Of a stretch of DNA of 64,000 nucleotides, positions 9,849-19,503 are shown piece by piece. Below the pieces are notes generated by a model that worked only from the letters and a program-made list of their open reading frames with translations, was not told the origin of the DNA and did no database searches. Position numbers and translations under genes: made by a program. The stretch is from a bacterium. Lineage in GTDB: Bacteria > UBA8248. The stretch's first letter is position 1, and the number at the start of each line of letters is the position of its first letter. Location: positions 3,840,001 through 3,904,000 of the forward strand of contig OY843592.1 of the NCBI GenBank assembly GCA_963692865.2. Direction: 5' to 3'.

Positions 9849-11153
9849 TCACGACACCCGAAGCGCGACCCGGTGCATCGTGTTGTTGAGGTACCCCTTC
9901 GGGTTCCAGTCGATGGCGTGGGGCTGCATCACCCCCGCGCTGTCTATCGCCCGCGCCCAGACCTCGTAGTACCCGGCTTCCGGGAATCTGATATCGGCGC
10001 GGAAATTTTGCCAGGCGCCGTCGTTCACGGGAGCGTCCAGCGCAGCCGGTTTCCAGGTCGCGCCGAAATCATGGGAGAGCTCGACCGAGGCAACCGTCCG
10101 GTCTCCCGACCAGGCATGACCGCGCACTTGGGCGGCGCGTCCTACAGCCGCCCCGTTCGCGGGCTGCGTGATCAGCGATTTGACGGGCATCCGCTCGATG
10201 ATGACGAAATCTTTCTCCTCCACTTTCTCGCCCGGCTCGATTCTGTATCGCGGTACGCGGTAGGAGGTCCCCGTCATCTTGGGGCCATCGTGCACGACGT
10301 CTCGGAGGTAGATGCGCCGGAGCCATTTCTGCGAGCAAGACCCCGGCCAGCCGGGAACGACGAGCCGCAGCGGCGCCCCGTTCATCGGATGAATGGGTCC
10401 GCCATTCTGGCCGAAGGCGATGAGCACGCCCTCCGTCATCGCCTTGGCGATCGGCACGCCGCGCGAGATGGGCAGCTTGCCTGGCTCGCCGGAGAGGTCC
10501 CCGTCTGCGCCGACGTGGGCGGTGTAGACGACGCCGGGCCGCACGCCGGCCGCCGCCAGCACGTCCTTGAGCCGCACGCCCGTCCACTTAGAACAGGCGA
10601 CCGCCCCGTGGGTCCACTGGCTGCCCTTCACCGGCGGGTTGAAGAAGGCCCGCCCGTTGCCCCCGCATTCGATGACGAGGGCCATCGTGACGACCTCGAA
10701 CCTCGAACGAAGTTCGGCGATAGACAAGGTCATGGGGCGCTCCACGAGGCCATCGACGGTGAGGGTCCAGGATTTCGCCGACGCTTCCGGGGGCGGAACG
10801 CCGTTGTTGCGGATGAAGTGACGGGATGTCGGGGTGATCGGGTCGTCGAGCAGATGCGGCGGCGTTTCGGCGTTGAGCGGCCGCTCGTTCAGCAGCGTCA
10901 GGCCATCTTTTCCGACAAGCGCCTTCTCGTCGGCGAATGCCGCCGGAATGAACCCCGACGGCATGTTACGGTGAAACGGAATCCCCGCGCCCACCATCGC
11001 CGCCATGGCGGCAAGCCCGGCGCCCCGCAGAAAGCCGCGCCGATCGAGATACGACTTTCGCCCGAAGAAGGCGCTGTCCGCCGCTATCGGGTCAGCGGCA
11101 AAGAATTCGTGAATATCCGGGGTCTCAGAAGATGCGGATTTGTCTCCAGGCAC
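9849..11153 (-). CDS. Tat-exported sulfite oxidase family molybdoenzyme (SorT-like)
   Basis: RRGFL twin-arginine signal, PLNAETP, HFIRNN, Mo-ligand ECGGNGR, GAPLRLVVPGWPG, WNPKGYLNN. Confidence 0.9.
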   Translation of the reverse strand: MPGDKSASSETPDIHEFFAADPIAADSAFFGRKSYLDRRGFLRGAGLAAMAAMVGAGIPFHRNMPSGFIPAAFADEKALVGKDGLTLLNERPLNAETPPHLLDDPITPTSRHFIRNNGVPPPEASAKSWTLTVDGLVERPMTLSIAELRSRFEVVTMALVIECGGNGRAFFNPPVKGSQWTHGAVACSKWTGVRLKDVLAAAGVRPGVVYTAHVGADGDLSGEPGKLPISRGVPIAKAMTEGVLIAFGQNGGPIHPMNGAPLRLVVPGWPGSCSQKWLRRIYLRDVVHDGPKMTGTSYRVPRYRIEPGEKVEEKDFVIIERMPVKSLITQPANGAAVGRAAQVRGHAWSGDRTVASVELSHDFGATWKPAALDAPVNDGAWQNFRADIRFPEAGYYEVWARAIDSAGVMQPHAIDWNPKGYLNNTMHRVALRVS

Positions 11154-11201
11154 AATGCTCTCCCATTACCGAAATCCTTTGAGAGAAAATCTTCGCGCAT
11201 T

Positions 11202-12206
11202 CTAAACGAACTCGGGCATCACCTCTTCGGCGAAGCGCTCGAGCGTCCGCAGTACGAGTTCCTGCGGCATCCCCGGCCACTGCACGCGGAACGCCATGTG
11301 GTCGACGCCCAACTCGTCGCGGTGGCGCCTGATGTCCTCGGCCACGTCCTCCGCCGAGCCGATGAGGAACCTGTCGGAGCGCAATTCATCAAGCGGCATC
11401 CGCAGCGTGTCGCTGCTCGGCAGCGCCTCGCTCTGGCCCCATTTCACGTAGACGTCGTATTTGACCGCCAGATACTCCGCGCACTCGCGAAAGGCGCTCT
11501 CCCTGTCCGCGCCGATGAACATCTCCTTGATGACGGGCGTCGCATCGGGCGCGCCCTTGCCGAGGGCTTCGCGCTCAGCGTGAAACATCTCCATCTGGCG
11601 CTTCAGGGTGTCGAAGCGCGCATGGGGGTTCAGGAACCACGCCTCTCCCATCCTGGCCGCGCGCTTCACCGCGCCGTCGCCGTTCGCCGCTATCCAGATG
11701 GGGGGCCTGGGCTTCTGGATGGGCCGCATGGTGAGGTTCACGTCTTCGAGGTTCACCACTTCGCCCTCGTAATCGAGCGTCCCCTCTTCGAGCAGGCGGG
11801 TGACGGCTTCGAGTTTCTCCTCGAACGCCTTCACGCGCCAGGGTTTCGTGAGGCCGAACGCGCGGTATTCGGGTTCGCGGTAGCCCAGCCCCACGCCGAG
11901 CACGAAGCGGCCCTTCGTCATGGCGTCGAGCGTGGCGACCTGCTCCGCCACGTCCACCGGGTTGTGAAGCGCCAAAAGCAAAATTCCCGTGCCGACCGTC
12001 ATATCGCCCGCGTGGGCCGCCACCTGGGCGACGCTCGGCCAGGTCTGCATCATCCACACGCCCTCGGTGAGGTAGTGCTGTCCGCACCACACGCTGTGAA
12101 AGCCCAAATCTCTAATCAGGCGCACCTGCTCCAGATGTTCCTCCCAGCGCCCGGCGGGGTCGTCCCCCAAAGCGTGCTGGTTCATGACGAACATGCCGAA
12201 TTTCAT
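11202..12206 (-). CDS. Luciferase-like monooxygenase (LLM) class flavin/F420-dependent oxidoreductase
   Basis: GFHSVWCGQH, NPVDVAEQVATLD, GRFVLGVGLG, PPIWIA, FAEEVMP motifs. Confidence 0.9.
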   Translation of the reverse strand: MKFGMFVMNQHALGDDPAGRWEEHLEQVRLIRDLGFHSVWCGQHYLTEGVWMMQTWPSVAQVAAHAGDMTVGTGILLLALHNPVDVAEQVATLDAMTKGRFVLGVGLGYREPEYRAFGLTKPWRVKAFEEKLEAVTRLLEEGTLDYEGEVVNLEDVNLTMRPIQKPRPPIWIAANGDGAVKRAARMGEAWFLNPHARFDTLKRQMEMFHAEREALGKGAPDATPVIKEMFIGADRESAFRECAEYLAVKYDVYVKWGQSEALPSSDTLRMPLDELRSDRFLIGSAEDVAEDIRRHRDELGVDHMAFRVQWPGMPQELVLRTLERFAEEVMPEFV

Positions 12207-12228
12207 ATCACCCTCTCGTTTTGTCTTG

Positions 12229-13134
12229 TCAGTCCTTGGTTCCGAAATCATCGGCCAGGGCGATCACCTTCTCCGCCGCCTCGACCACGGGGTAGTCGAT
12301 CATGCGCCCGCCGACGGAGACGCTCGCCTCCCCGCGCGCCGTCGCCTCCTCGAAGGCGGCGACCACCTCGCGCGCCTTTTCGACTTCTTCTCTCGTCGGC
12401 GTGAAGGCGTGGTTCACGACTTCCACCTGCCTGGGGTGGATGCAGAACTTACCGAACATGCCGAGCGCGCGGCACCGCACGGCGCTGGCCGCGAGGCCCT
12501 CCTGATCGTCCAGGGCGATCCAGACCGTGTCGAGCGGTTTCTCGAGACCTGCGCTGCGCGAGGCCACCGCGATTCGAGAGCGCGGGTAGTCGAAGGTGAA
12601 CTCATCAAGCGGCCACTCGACGTCCAGATCGTTGGTGTAGTCCCCCGCCCCGAAGGCGAGCTGGAAACGACGCTCTCCCGTATCGGCGGAGGCGATGGAG
12701 AAGGCGTCCTCCACGCCCCTTGCGTTCTCGAGGATGGCGAGCAGATGCGCGCTCCCCGCTTCACGGCCCGCCGCTCTCTCCGCATCGCGGATGAGCCTGT
12801 CGGCCGCCAGTATCTGGCCGGGGTTCTCCGCCTTGGGCAGCACGATTCCCCGGAGCGCAGGCCCCACCACCGCCGCGATGTCCTCCGCCCCGCAGGCGAC
12901 AGAAAAGCCCGTCACGTCGTCCAGCGGATTCACGCGCACGAAAACGTCCGCCCCGTCCTCTTCGGCTATCGTCTCTACCGCCGCCCCGAGCGCGGCGCGC
13001 GTCGAGTCCTTCTCATCGGCGGGCACGGCGTCTTCCAGGTCCAGAACGACGGCGTCGGCCCCGGCCTTGCCCACTTTCTGGAGCATTCTCTCCCTGTTCC
13101 CGGGGGCGAACAGAATCGTCCGGTAGAGTTTCAT
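12229..13134 (-). CDS. CitE/HpcH-family CoA ester lyase
   Basis: RTILFAPG, VLDLEDAV, FVRVN, LPKAE, GKFCIHPRQ, GRMIDYP motifs. Confidence 0.9.
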   Translation of the reverse strand: MKLYRTILFAPGNRERMLQKVGKAGADAVVLDLEDAVPADEKDSTRAALGAAVETIAEEDGADVFVRVNPLDDVTGFSVACGAEDIAAVVGPALRGIVLPKAENPGQILAADRLIRDAERAAGREAGSAHLLAILENARGVEDAFSIASADTGERRFQLAFGAGDYTNDLDVEWPLDEFTFDYPRSRIAVASRSAGLEKPLDTVWIALDDQEGLAASAVRCRALGMFGKFCIHPRQVEVVNHAFTPTREEVEKAREVVAAFEEATARGEASVSVGGRMIDYPVVEAAEKVIALADDFGTKD

Positions 13135-13197
13135 ACGTGTTTCTCCTTTTCCTTCATTATCGAAGATGACGTGTTTTTACCCCCGATGGCGGCACTT

Positions 13198-13306
13198 GCC
13201 AAGCCGGGCGAGGCGCCAGAATCCCACGTCGCCAGAACCGAGGGACCGGACTCGACCATCAACGCCTTCACGAGAACCACCTTCGAGCTCGCCGGGGAAC
13301 AGGCGG
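13198..13306 (+). pseudogene. Degenerate 109-bp copy of the 5' region of the downstream amidase gene
   Basis: Translates AKPGEAPESHVARTEGPDSTINAFTRTTFELAGEQA versus amidase AKPSEIVEAHIARTEKLDSTINAFTRTTFDLAREQA (14430-14538). Confidence 0.85.
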
Positions 13307-13415
13307 CTCCAGCCCGGCCCGGCCGTCGCCACACGGCAAGGTATCGAGAGCAGTGATCGCCGGATGAGAGGCGGGCATCGGGACGCCTACCGTTCCACGA
13401 CGCCGCAACGCCGGC

Positions 13416-13730
13416 TCACGCGGACCTCGCATCCGCCAACCGTTTCTCCCCGGCCTGCTCCCTGCGAACCTGGGCCAGTTCGTAGCTCGCCTGCATGCGC
13501 ATCCAGTGGTCGGCGGTCCCCCAGCCGATGCGCTCCAGCGCGAGCGCCATGTTGGCGGACACGCCCGCCCTTCCGTTCAGCAGGCGTGAAAGCGTCCCGC
13601 GCTCGCAACCCAGGCGGGCCGCCGCCTCGGTAACGCTCCAGCCGACCTCTTCCATGCTCTCGCGGATCAGTTCGCCCGGATGCGGCGGGTTCAGCATCGG
13701 GCCCGCGCGTTCGCCTTCGCTCCCGTTCAT
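13416..13730 (-). CDS. higA: HigA-family antitoxin (HTH)
   Basis: [45 protein letters not shown]; SD AGGAGG. Confidence 0.92.
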   Translation of the reverse strand: MNGSEGERAGPMLNPPHPGELIRESMEEVGWSVTEAAARLGCERGTLSRLLNGRAGVSANMALALERIGWGTADHWMRMQASYELAQVRREQAGEKRLADARSA

Positions 13731-13747
13731 CGCTCGCCTCCTTCCCG

Positions 13748-14020
13748 TCAATGGTAGTCTACCAGGTCCACGCCCACGGCTTCTCCGTCCTCGAACCGGA
13801 ACACCACGCGCCAGTTGCCGGAAACGCGCACGCTCCACTCGCCCGCCCGGTCGCCCTTCAAGGGGTGCAGCCGGAAGCCCGGCGCGTCCGCATCACCCGG
13901 GCGCGCCGCCTCCTGCAGCCGAAACAGGATGCGCCTGAGCCGCGGCGTCAAATCGGCCGGTAGCCGCGCCGGGTCGTCCCGTTCGTGGAGCGCCCGCAAA
14001 CCCTTGTGCCTGATCTTCAT
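13748..14020 (-). CDS. higB: HigB/RelE-family mRNase toxin
   Basis: [41 protein letters not shown]. Confidence 0.93.
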   Translation of the reverse strand: MKIRHKGLRALHERDDPARLPADLTPRLRRILFRLQEAARPGDADAPGFRLHPLKGDRAGEWSVRVSGNWRVVFRFEDGEAVGVDLVDYH

Positions 14021-14056
14021 GGCGTTATTGTAACGTATAGCGCTACACGCTGCAAG
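14021..14056 (-). promoter_or_regulatory. Putative leaderless sigma70 promoter of higBA with palindromic operator
   Basis: Minus strand TTGCAG-17 nt-TACAAT-6 nt-ATG; imperfect palindrome TGTAACG-TATAG-CGCTACA (14029-14047) overlaps the spacer and -10. Confidence 0.7.
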
Positions 14057-14363
14057 CGAAACGTCTTGCGCCGGCTCGCCACCATGAGAATTGATCGAGT
14101 GTGGCGAAACTCTATCGGCGCCACACTCGCTCTTGCGGAGACGGCGCGCGCGGGAGTCGACGCGAGAACACCGGAATGCGCCGTCCGATCGCCTGAGCGG
14201 CCCGGAAACACGGTACGGACGCCCTTTGCGGTTGGTCCTCACCCCTGAAGCGCCGGTGGGATATCATTGCGTTTTCGCATGAAGCCCCGCCTTCGTTTCG
14301 GCCCCGCGCCATCTCGAATATAATCCCGCTAAATCGACGAGCAACTTTTTCTGGAGCGACCCC

Positions 14364-16037
14364 ATGAACCCCGACGAACTGCTGCACCGCCCCATCACGG
14401 AACTGTCTTCTCTCATCGAAGGCGGCGAAGCGAAGCCGAGCGAGATTGTTGAAGCCCACATCGCCAGAACCGAGAAGCTGGACTCGACGATCAACGCTTT
14501 CACGAGAACCACCTTCGACCTCGCCAGGGAACAGGCGGAGCGGCTGGACTCAGAACTCTTGGAGGGAAACTACCGGGGGCCGCTCCACGGGATCCCCGTC
14601 GCGCTCAAGGACCTGTTCGACCTGAAAGGCCACCCCACCACGGCGGGCAGCCGGATTCTGGGGAAAACCGCGGCGAGCGAAACGGCGGAGCCCGTGCGCA
14701 GGCTCATCGAAGCCGGGGCGGTGATAGTCGGGAAGACGAACCTGCAGGAATTCGCGCGCGGCGGCACCGGGGCTAACAGCGCGTTCGGCCCGGCGCGAAA
14801 CCCCTGGAGTCTGGACCACACGCCGGGCGGAAGCAGCAGCGGGTCGGCCGCCTGCGTGGCGGCGGGGATGGCGGCGGCCGCGCTCGGCTCCGACACCGGC
14901 GGCTCGGTGCGCCTGCCCGCCTCGTTCTGCAATCTGGCGGGCATCCGCTCCACCTATGGCCGGGTGAGCAGGGCCGGGGCCGTGCCGCTGGGGCTCAGCT
15001 TCGACAACGTGGGCCCCCTCGCCCGAACGGTGGAGGACGCCGCCCTCATCCTGGGAGCCATCGCAGGCCCGGACCCCAGGGACCCGACGACGGGAACCGG
15101 GCCCGCGCCCGATTTCCTGGAGACCGTGAACGAGGGCGTGCGCGGCATGACGCTGGGCGTCCCGACGAACCATTTCTGGCCGGGCGAGGACACGGAAGCG
15201 GAAGCCGTCGTGCGCGAGGCCATCGCGCGGTTCGAGAAGCTGGGCGCAAAAATCGCGGAAGTGGAAATCCCCTGGGCGCGGCTCGGCCAGGTCGCCTACG
15301 CCGCAACCGTGGGGCCGGAGGGCGCGGAATACCACCGGAAATTCCTCGAAAACCACCGGGATGGATACGTCTCGCCCGGAGCGGATTTTTTCGAGTACAG
15401 CCTCTTCATCCCGGGCTGGCGGTACGTGCAGGCGCAAAAGGCGAGAACCTTCTTCATCCGGCAGGCGGCGGAGGTTTTCAGAAAGGTGGACGCCGTGCTC
15501 ACGCCCACCGTCGCCATAGCGCCGCCCACCATCGCGGATTGTCTGGACGGCATGAAAATGTGGCCGGTGGTGAGCGACAACACGGCCGCCTTCAGCACCA
15601 TCGGCAACCCCGCGCTTCAGGTCCCTTGCGGGTTCACGAAAAAGCGCCTGCCCGTCGGCCTTCAGGTTGCGGGCAGATGGGGGGACGAGGCGCGCCTTTT
15701 CCGAATCGGCAAGGCATTGGAGGCCGACAATCCGCTCTGGCGAACGAGGCCGCCCGAGGTCGACGAGCAGCCGCCTCCTCAAGAATTCCCAGAACCACCC
15801 GCCTCAACGTCACAAGAAACTCGGGAGTCAGAGGCCGCCGCCCACGTTCTGGCCATGGCGAAAACCATGGGCTATGCGATTGATTTGGATAAAATCTCAC
15901 CGGAGGCGCTCGAACAGGGCGTCACGAACATGCTCGCGGGACTGGAAAAACTGGACGACCTCGATCTGGATGATTGCGAGCGCGCCGAGACGCTGAACCT
16001 GCTGGAGATGGATTTCGACTCGATCCCTAGCCCGTAA
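14364..16037 (+). CDS. Amidase signature family enzyme (GatA/AtzE-like) with C-terminal helical extension
   Basis: GPLHGIPVALKD, GKTN, PGGSSSGS, GSDTGGSVRLPAS catalytic motifs; about 80 aa of extra C-terminus after a Pro-rich linker. Confidence 0.9.
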   Translation: MNPDELLHRPITELSSLIEGGEAKPSEIVEAHIARTEKLDSTINAFTRTTFDLAREQAERLDSELLEGNYRGPLHGIPVALKDLFDLKGHPTTAGSRILGKTAASETAEPVRRLIEAGAVIVGKTNLQEFARGGTGANSAFGPARNPWSLDHTPGGSSSGSAACVAAGMAAAALGSDTGGSVRLPASFCNLAGIRSTYGRVSRAGAVPLGLSFDNVGPLARTVEDAALILGAIAGPDPRDPTTGTGPAPDFLETVNEGVRGMTLGVPTNHFWPGEDTEAEAVVREAIARFEKLGAKIAEVEIPWARLGQVAYAATVGPEGAEYHRKFLENHRDGYVSPGADFFEYSLFIPGWRYVQAQKARTFFIRQAAEVFRKVDAVLTPTVAIAPPTIADCLDGMKMWPVVSDNTAAFSTIGNPALQVPCGFTKKRLPVGLQVAGRWGDEARLFRIGKALEADNPLWRTRPPEVDEQPPPQEFPEPPASTSQETRESEAAAHVLAMAKTMGYAIDLDKISPEALEQGVTNMLAGLEKLDDLDLDDCERAETLNLLEMDFDSIPSP

Positions 16038-16044
16038 GAAATGC

Positions 16045-17169
16045 CTAGTCCGGCTTGAGCAGAACTTTCAGGCACTCCCCCGTGCCCGTGACCTCGATGC
16101 CCGCCTGCACCTGGGAGAGGGGCAGACGGTGGGTGAAGATGTCGTCAACCGGGAGCGTCGTCCTCAGGAGCATGTCCATCGCCGGCTCGAACTGCACTTG
16201 CGGATAGGCCCATGAGCCGCAGATGTCCACGTCCTTGTTGCACACCTGGTGGGGCCTGATCTCCACCCCGCCCGGGTCGCCGTAGTGCCCGACTTCCACT
16301 AGCTTTCCGCCCCGGCGGACGAGGTCCAGCCCCTCGGCGAAGGCCGCCGGAACGCCCGCCGCCTCGACCACCACGTCCGGCCCCACGCCGTCCGTCCAGG
16401 AGAGGACCTGCTCTTTCCTTTCTTCGGGCGTGAGCGCCGCCAGGCTCACCGTCTTCGTGGCGCCGAATTTTCTGGAGAACGCGAGTCTCTCCTCGGTCAT
16501 GTCCACCGCGATGATCTCGCCCGCCCCCATCGTCTTGAGTGCGGCCACCACGAGCAGCCCGATGGGGCCCACGCCCATGACGGCGCACCGCGCGCCCACG
16601 CCGAACCCCTCCCCCGCGTAGGGGATGCCCGGGGAGAGCGAGCGCCCCGCCGCCCTCTGGGCCACGGCCAGTGGTTCACAGAGCGTGGCCCGCTCAAGCG
16701 ACAGACCCTCGGGCAGCTTCAGGACGAAGGAGTTCCCCTGAATGTACATGTATTCCGAATACGCCCCGAAAAGGTGCGGCGCCTCGGCGGAGGTGCGGAA
16801 CCCGAACACCGTGCGGTTCGGGCACAACTGGGGCCGGTGCGGCGCGTGAATGCAGAACCAGCACTTGCCGCACGCCTGGCTGCCCGGCGTCACGGTGATG
16901 GCGTCGCCCTCCCTGATGGGGCCGCCCACGATCTTCATGTTCGAATTCGCCAGCGGCCCCATCTTCTCGATGATTCCGCTGAACTCGTGCCCCGGAATCA
17001 CCGGCCACGCCACGTTCAGGTTGCCTCCGTACATGTGCTTGTCCGAACCGCAGACGCCCACGGCGGCCACCCGCATCAACAGGGCGTCGTCCTCAATCTC
17101 GGGCATGGGGTATTCGCGCAGGGCGATCTCGCCCGGCTGTAGAATCGTGGCGGCCTGAACGGTGGACAT
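16045..17169 (-). CDS. Zinc-dependent medium-chain alcohol dehydrogenase
   Basis: GVCGSD, PGHEFSG, CGKCWFC..C, GVGPIG motifs. Confidence 0.92.
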   Translation of the reverse strand: MSTVQAATILQPGEIALREYPMPEIEDDALLMRVAAVGVCGSDKHMYGGNLNVAWPVIPGHEFSGIIEKMGPLANSNMKIVGGPIREGDAITVTPGSQACGKCWFCIHAPHRPQLCPNRTVFGFRTSAEAPHLFGAYSEYMYIQGNSFVLKLPEGLSLERATLCEPLAVAQRAAGRSLSPGIPYAGEGFGVGARCAVMGVGPIGLLVVAALKTMGAGEIIAVDMTEERLAFSRKFGATKTVSLAALTPEERKEQVLSWTDGVGPDVVVEAAGVPAAFAEGLDLVRRGGKLVEVGHYGDPGGVEIRPHQVCNKDVDICGSWAYPQVQFEPAMDMLLRTTLPVDDIFTHRLPLSQVQAGIEVTGTGECLKVLLKPD

Positions 17170-17321
17170 CGAATCCCTCTCCTCGAAGTGATGGCTTTAG
17201 ACCTAAGAAAAACCGGCGCGAGCCTCTCGGCAAGTTGTGATGCGCGCTACTTTAGCGTATCTCTGATTCGCGCCACAATGAACGCAGTGGAAGCGAACCC
17301 CGAACCTGTTGAGGATACTCC

Positions 17322-18185
17322 ATGTCGCTCGATAAGACGCTCGCCATCTTCGGCTACCCCCTGGGGCATACGCTCTCGCCCGTCATGCACAACGCGGCGG
17401 CGGAGAAGCTGGGGCTGCCCTACCGCTTCACGGCCTACGAGGTGCGCCCGGACCGCTACGAGGAGGCGGTTCGCGGCGCGGCGGCGATGGGTTTCGCGGG
17501 CTTTTGCGTCACCATCCCCCACAAGGTGGCCACCTTCCGGCTGATGGACGACTTGAGCGAGGACGCGAAACTCATGGGCGCGGTGAACATGGTGACGTTC
17601 GAGGAGGGCGGCAGGCTCAAGGGCCACAACACCGACGGCGCGGGCTGGCTCCGCTCCCTGGAAGAGGAAACAGGCGTCTCCCCACAAGGAAAAAGATGCC
17701 TGCTGCTGGGCGCGGGCGGGGCCGCAAGGGCCATCGCCATCAAGCTCGCGCAAACGGGCGCCGCGCACGTCGAGATTCGTAACCGCACGGCGGAGAAGGC
17801 GGCGGCGCTGGCGGGCGAGGTGAAATCCCATTTTCCTCAAGTAGAAATTCATGGAGGCGGCCTGGATGCGCTTGAATCCGCCGCCCTGGGGCGGGATATT
17901 ATCGTCAACACGACGAGCCTGGGGATGAGCGGGGATGAGGCGCGGGAGGCGGCCTGCCCCCTGCCCGAGGAGTTCATACCGCCGGACAGCATCTGCGCCG
18001 ATGCGGTCTACAACCCGCTCGACACCCCGTTCCTGAAAGCCGCCCGGCGCAGAGGCGCGCGCGCCGTCTCGGGGGTCGGCTGGCTTTTGCACCAGGGCGC
18101 TCTGGGCTGGGAGCTTTGGACGGGCACGCAGATGCCGGTCGAACACGTGCGCGAGAAGATGCTCGAAGCGCTTCGGAACCGATAG
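17322..18185 (+). CDS. aroE: Shikimate dehydrogenase
   Basis: HTLSPVMHN, VTIPHK, GAVN, GHNTDG, LGAGGAARA, NRT, NTTSLGM, YNPLDT. Confidence 0.93.
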   Translation: MSLDKTLAIFGYPLGHTLSPVMHNAAAEKLGLPYRFTAYEVRPDRYEEAVRGAAAMGFAGFCVTIPHKVATFRLMDDLSEDAKLMGAVNMVTFEEGGRLKGHNTDGAGWLRSLEEETGVSPQGKRCLLLGAGGAARAIAIKLAQTGAAHVEIRNRTAEKAAALAGEVKSHFPQVEIHGGGLDALESAALGRDIIVNTTSLGMSGDEAREAACPLPEEFIPPDSICADAVYNPLDTPFLKAARRRGARAVSGVGWLLHQGALGWELWTGTQMPVEHVREKMLEALRNR

Positions 18186-18218
18186 CATCCACTTGAGACA
18201 AGGAGCCTGAGAAATTCC

Positions 18219-19409
18219 ATGAGTATGCCGCTTGAGGGGATTCGCGTCCTCGATCTTTCCAGAATACTGGCGGGGCCGTTCTGTACCATGATGCTCGGCG
18301 ACATGGGGGCGGAGGTCATCAAGGTCGAAAACCCCGTCGGCGGAGACGACACGCGCGGCTGGCCGCCTTTTTACGAGGGAGGCGAGAGCAGTTACTTCCA
18401 GTCCGTGAACCGCAACAAGAAAAGCCTCACGCTGAACTTGAAAGCCGAGGAAGGAAAAGAGGTTTTAAGGGCGCTCGTCGAGAAATCGGACGTCCTCATC
18501 CAGAACTTCCGGCCCGGCGCCATCGAGCGGCTCGGCTTCGACTGGGATACCTGCCACGCGCTCAACCCCCGGCTCATTTACGCCAGCGTCTCGGGCTACG
18601 GCCAGAGCGGCCCCTCCAAGGAGAGGCCCGCCTACGACATCCTCTTACAGGGCGAAGGCGGACTCATGAGCATCACGGGGGCCGAGGGAGGCGGCGGCTT
18701 CAAGACGGGCATCGCCATCGCCGACCTCACCACCGCCATGTTCGCAACCCAGGGGATTCTGCTGGCCATCATCGCCCGCGAGAAGACGGGGGAGGGCCAA
18801 TATGTCGACACGGCCATCCAGGACGGACAGGCCGCGCTGATGAGCCACGCCGCGGGCAACTTCTTCGCCACGGGAACCCCGCCCGGACGGCTGGGGAACC
18901 GCCATCCGAGCATCGCGCCCTACCGCGATTTTCCCTGCTCGGACGGGGAACTCATCGTCGCGGCGGCCAACGACTCCTTGTGGCAGCGGTTCGCCCGCGC
19001 TATCGGCAGGGCCGATCTGGCGGACGACCCCAAATGGACCACGAACGCGGCGCGCGTCTCGGGGCGCGATGAACTCGAAGCCGAGATCGAGGAGACCATG
19101 CGGGTCAAGACCCGCACGGAGTGGGCCGAAATCGTATCGGATGCCGGCGTGCCCTGCGGGCCGGTGCGGACGATTGAGGAGTTGTGCGCGGACCCGCAGA
19201 TCCATCACCGCGAGATGGTCGTCGAGATGGAGCACGCGAGGACCGGCGTTCTGAAGGTGATGGGCAACCCCATGAAGCTCTCGGACACGCCCGGCGAACT
19301 CCGCATGCCCCCTCCCCTGCTGGGTGAACACACCGAGGAAATCCTCTCCGGCCTGTTGGCCAAGTCGGACGGGGAGATCGCCGCGCTGAAAGAAAAGGGC
19401 GTCGCATAG
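18219..19409 (+). CDS. CaiB/BaiF family III CoA-transferase
   Basis: PLEGIRVLDLSRILAGP, NRNKKSL, NFRPG, SGYGQSGP, IADL, PPLLGEHT. Confidence 0.95.
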   Translation: MSMPLEGIRVLDLSRILAGPFCTMMLGDMGAEVIKVENPVGGDDTRGWPPFYEGGESSYFQSVNRNKKSLTLNLKAEEGKEVLRALVEKSDVLIQNFRPGAIERLGFDWDTCHALNPRLIYASVSGYGQSGPSKERPAYDILLQGEGGLMSITGAEGGGGFKTGIAIADLTTAMFATQGILLAIIAREKTGEGQYVDTAIQDGQAALMSHAAGNFFATGTPPGRLGNRHPSIAPYRDFPCSDGELIVAAANDSLWQRFARAIGRADLADDPKWTTNAARVSGRDELEAEIEETMRVKTRTEWAEIVSDAGVPCGPVRTIEELCADPQIHHREMVVEMEHARTGVLKVMGNPMKLSDTPGELRMPPPLLGEHTEEILSGLLAKSDGEIAALKEKGVA

Positions 19410-19503
19410 CGTTCATGGGGAGCCAAGCCTTGTCAGACGCGGCCCTCGCCGATAGGATGCGGGAGAAATCGCGGACTTTACTCGATTTGAGCGGAGAAGC
19501 GCC

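Noticed and set aside
9873-12404. Long ORFs of 843 aa and similar (6366-8321, 57031-59436, 21706-23208)
   Set aside because: Antisense shadows of real high-GC genes, with no recognisable motifs.
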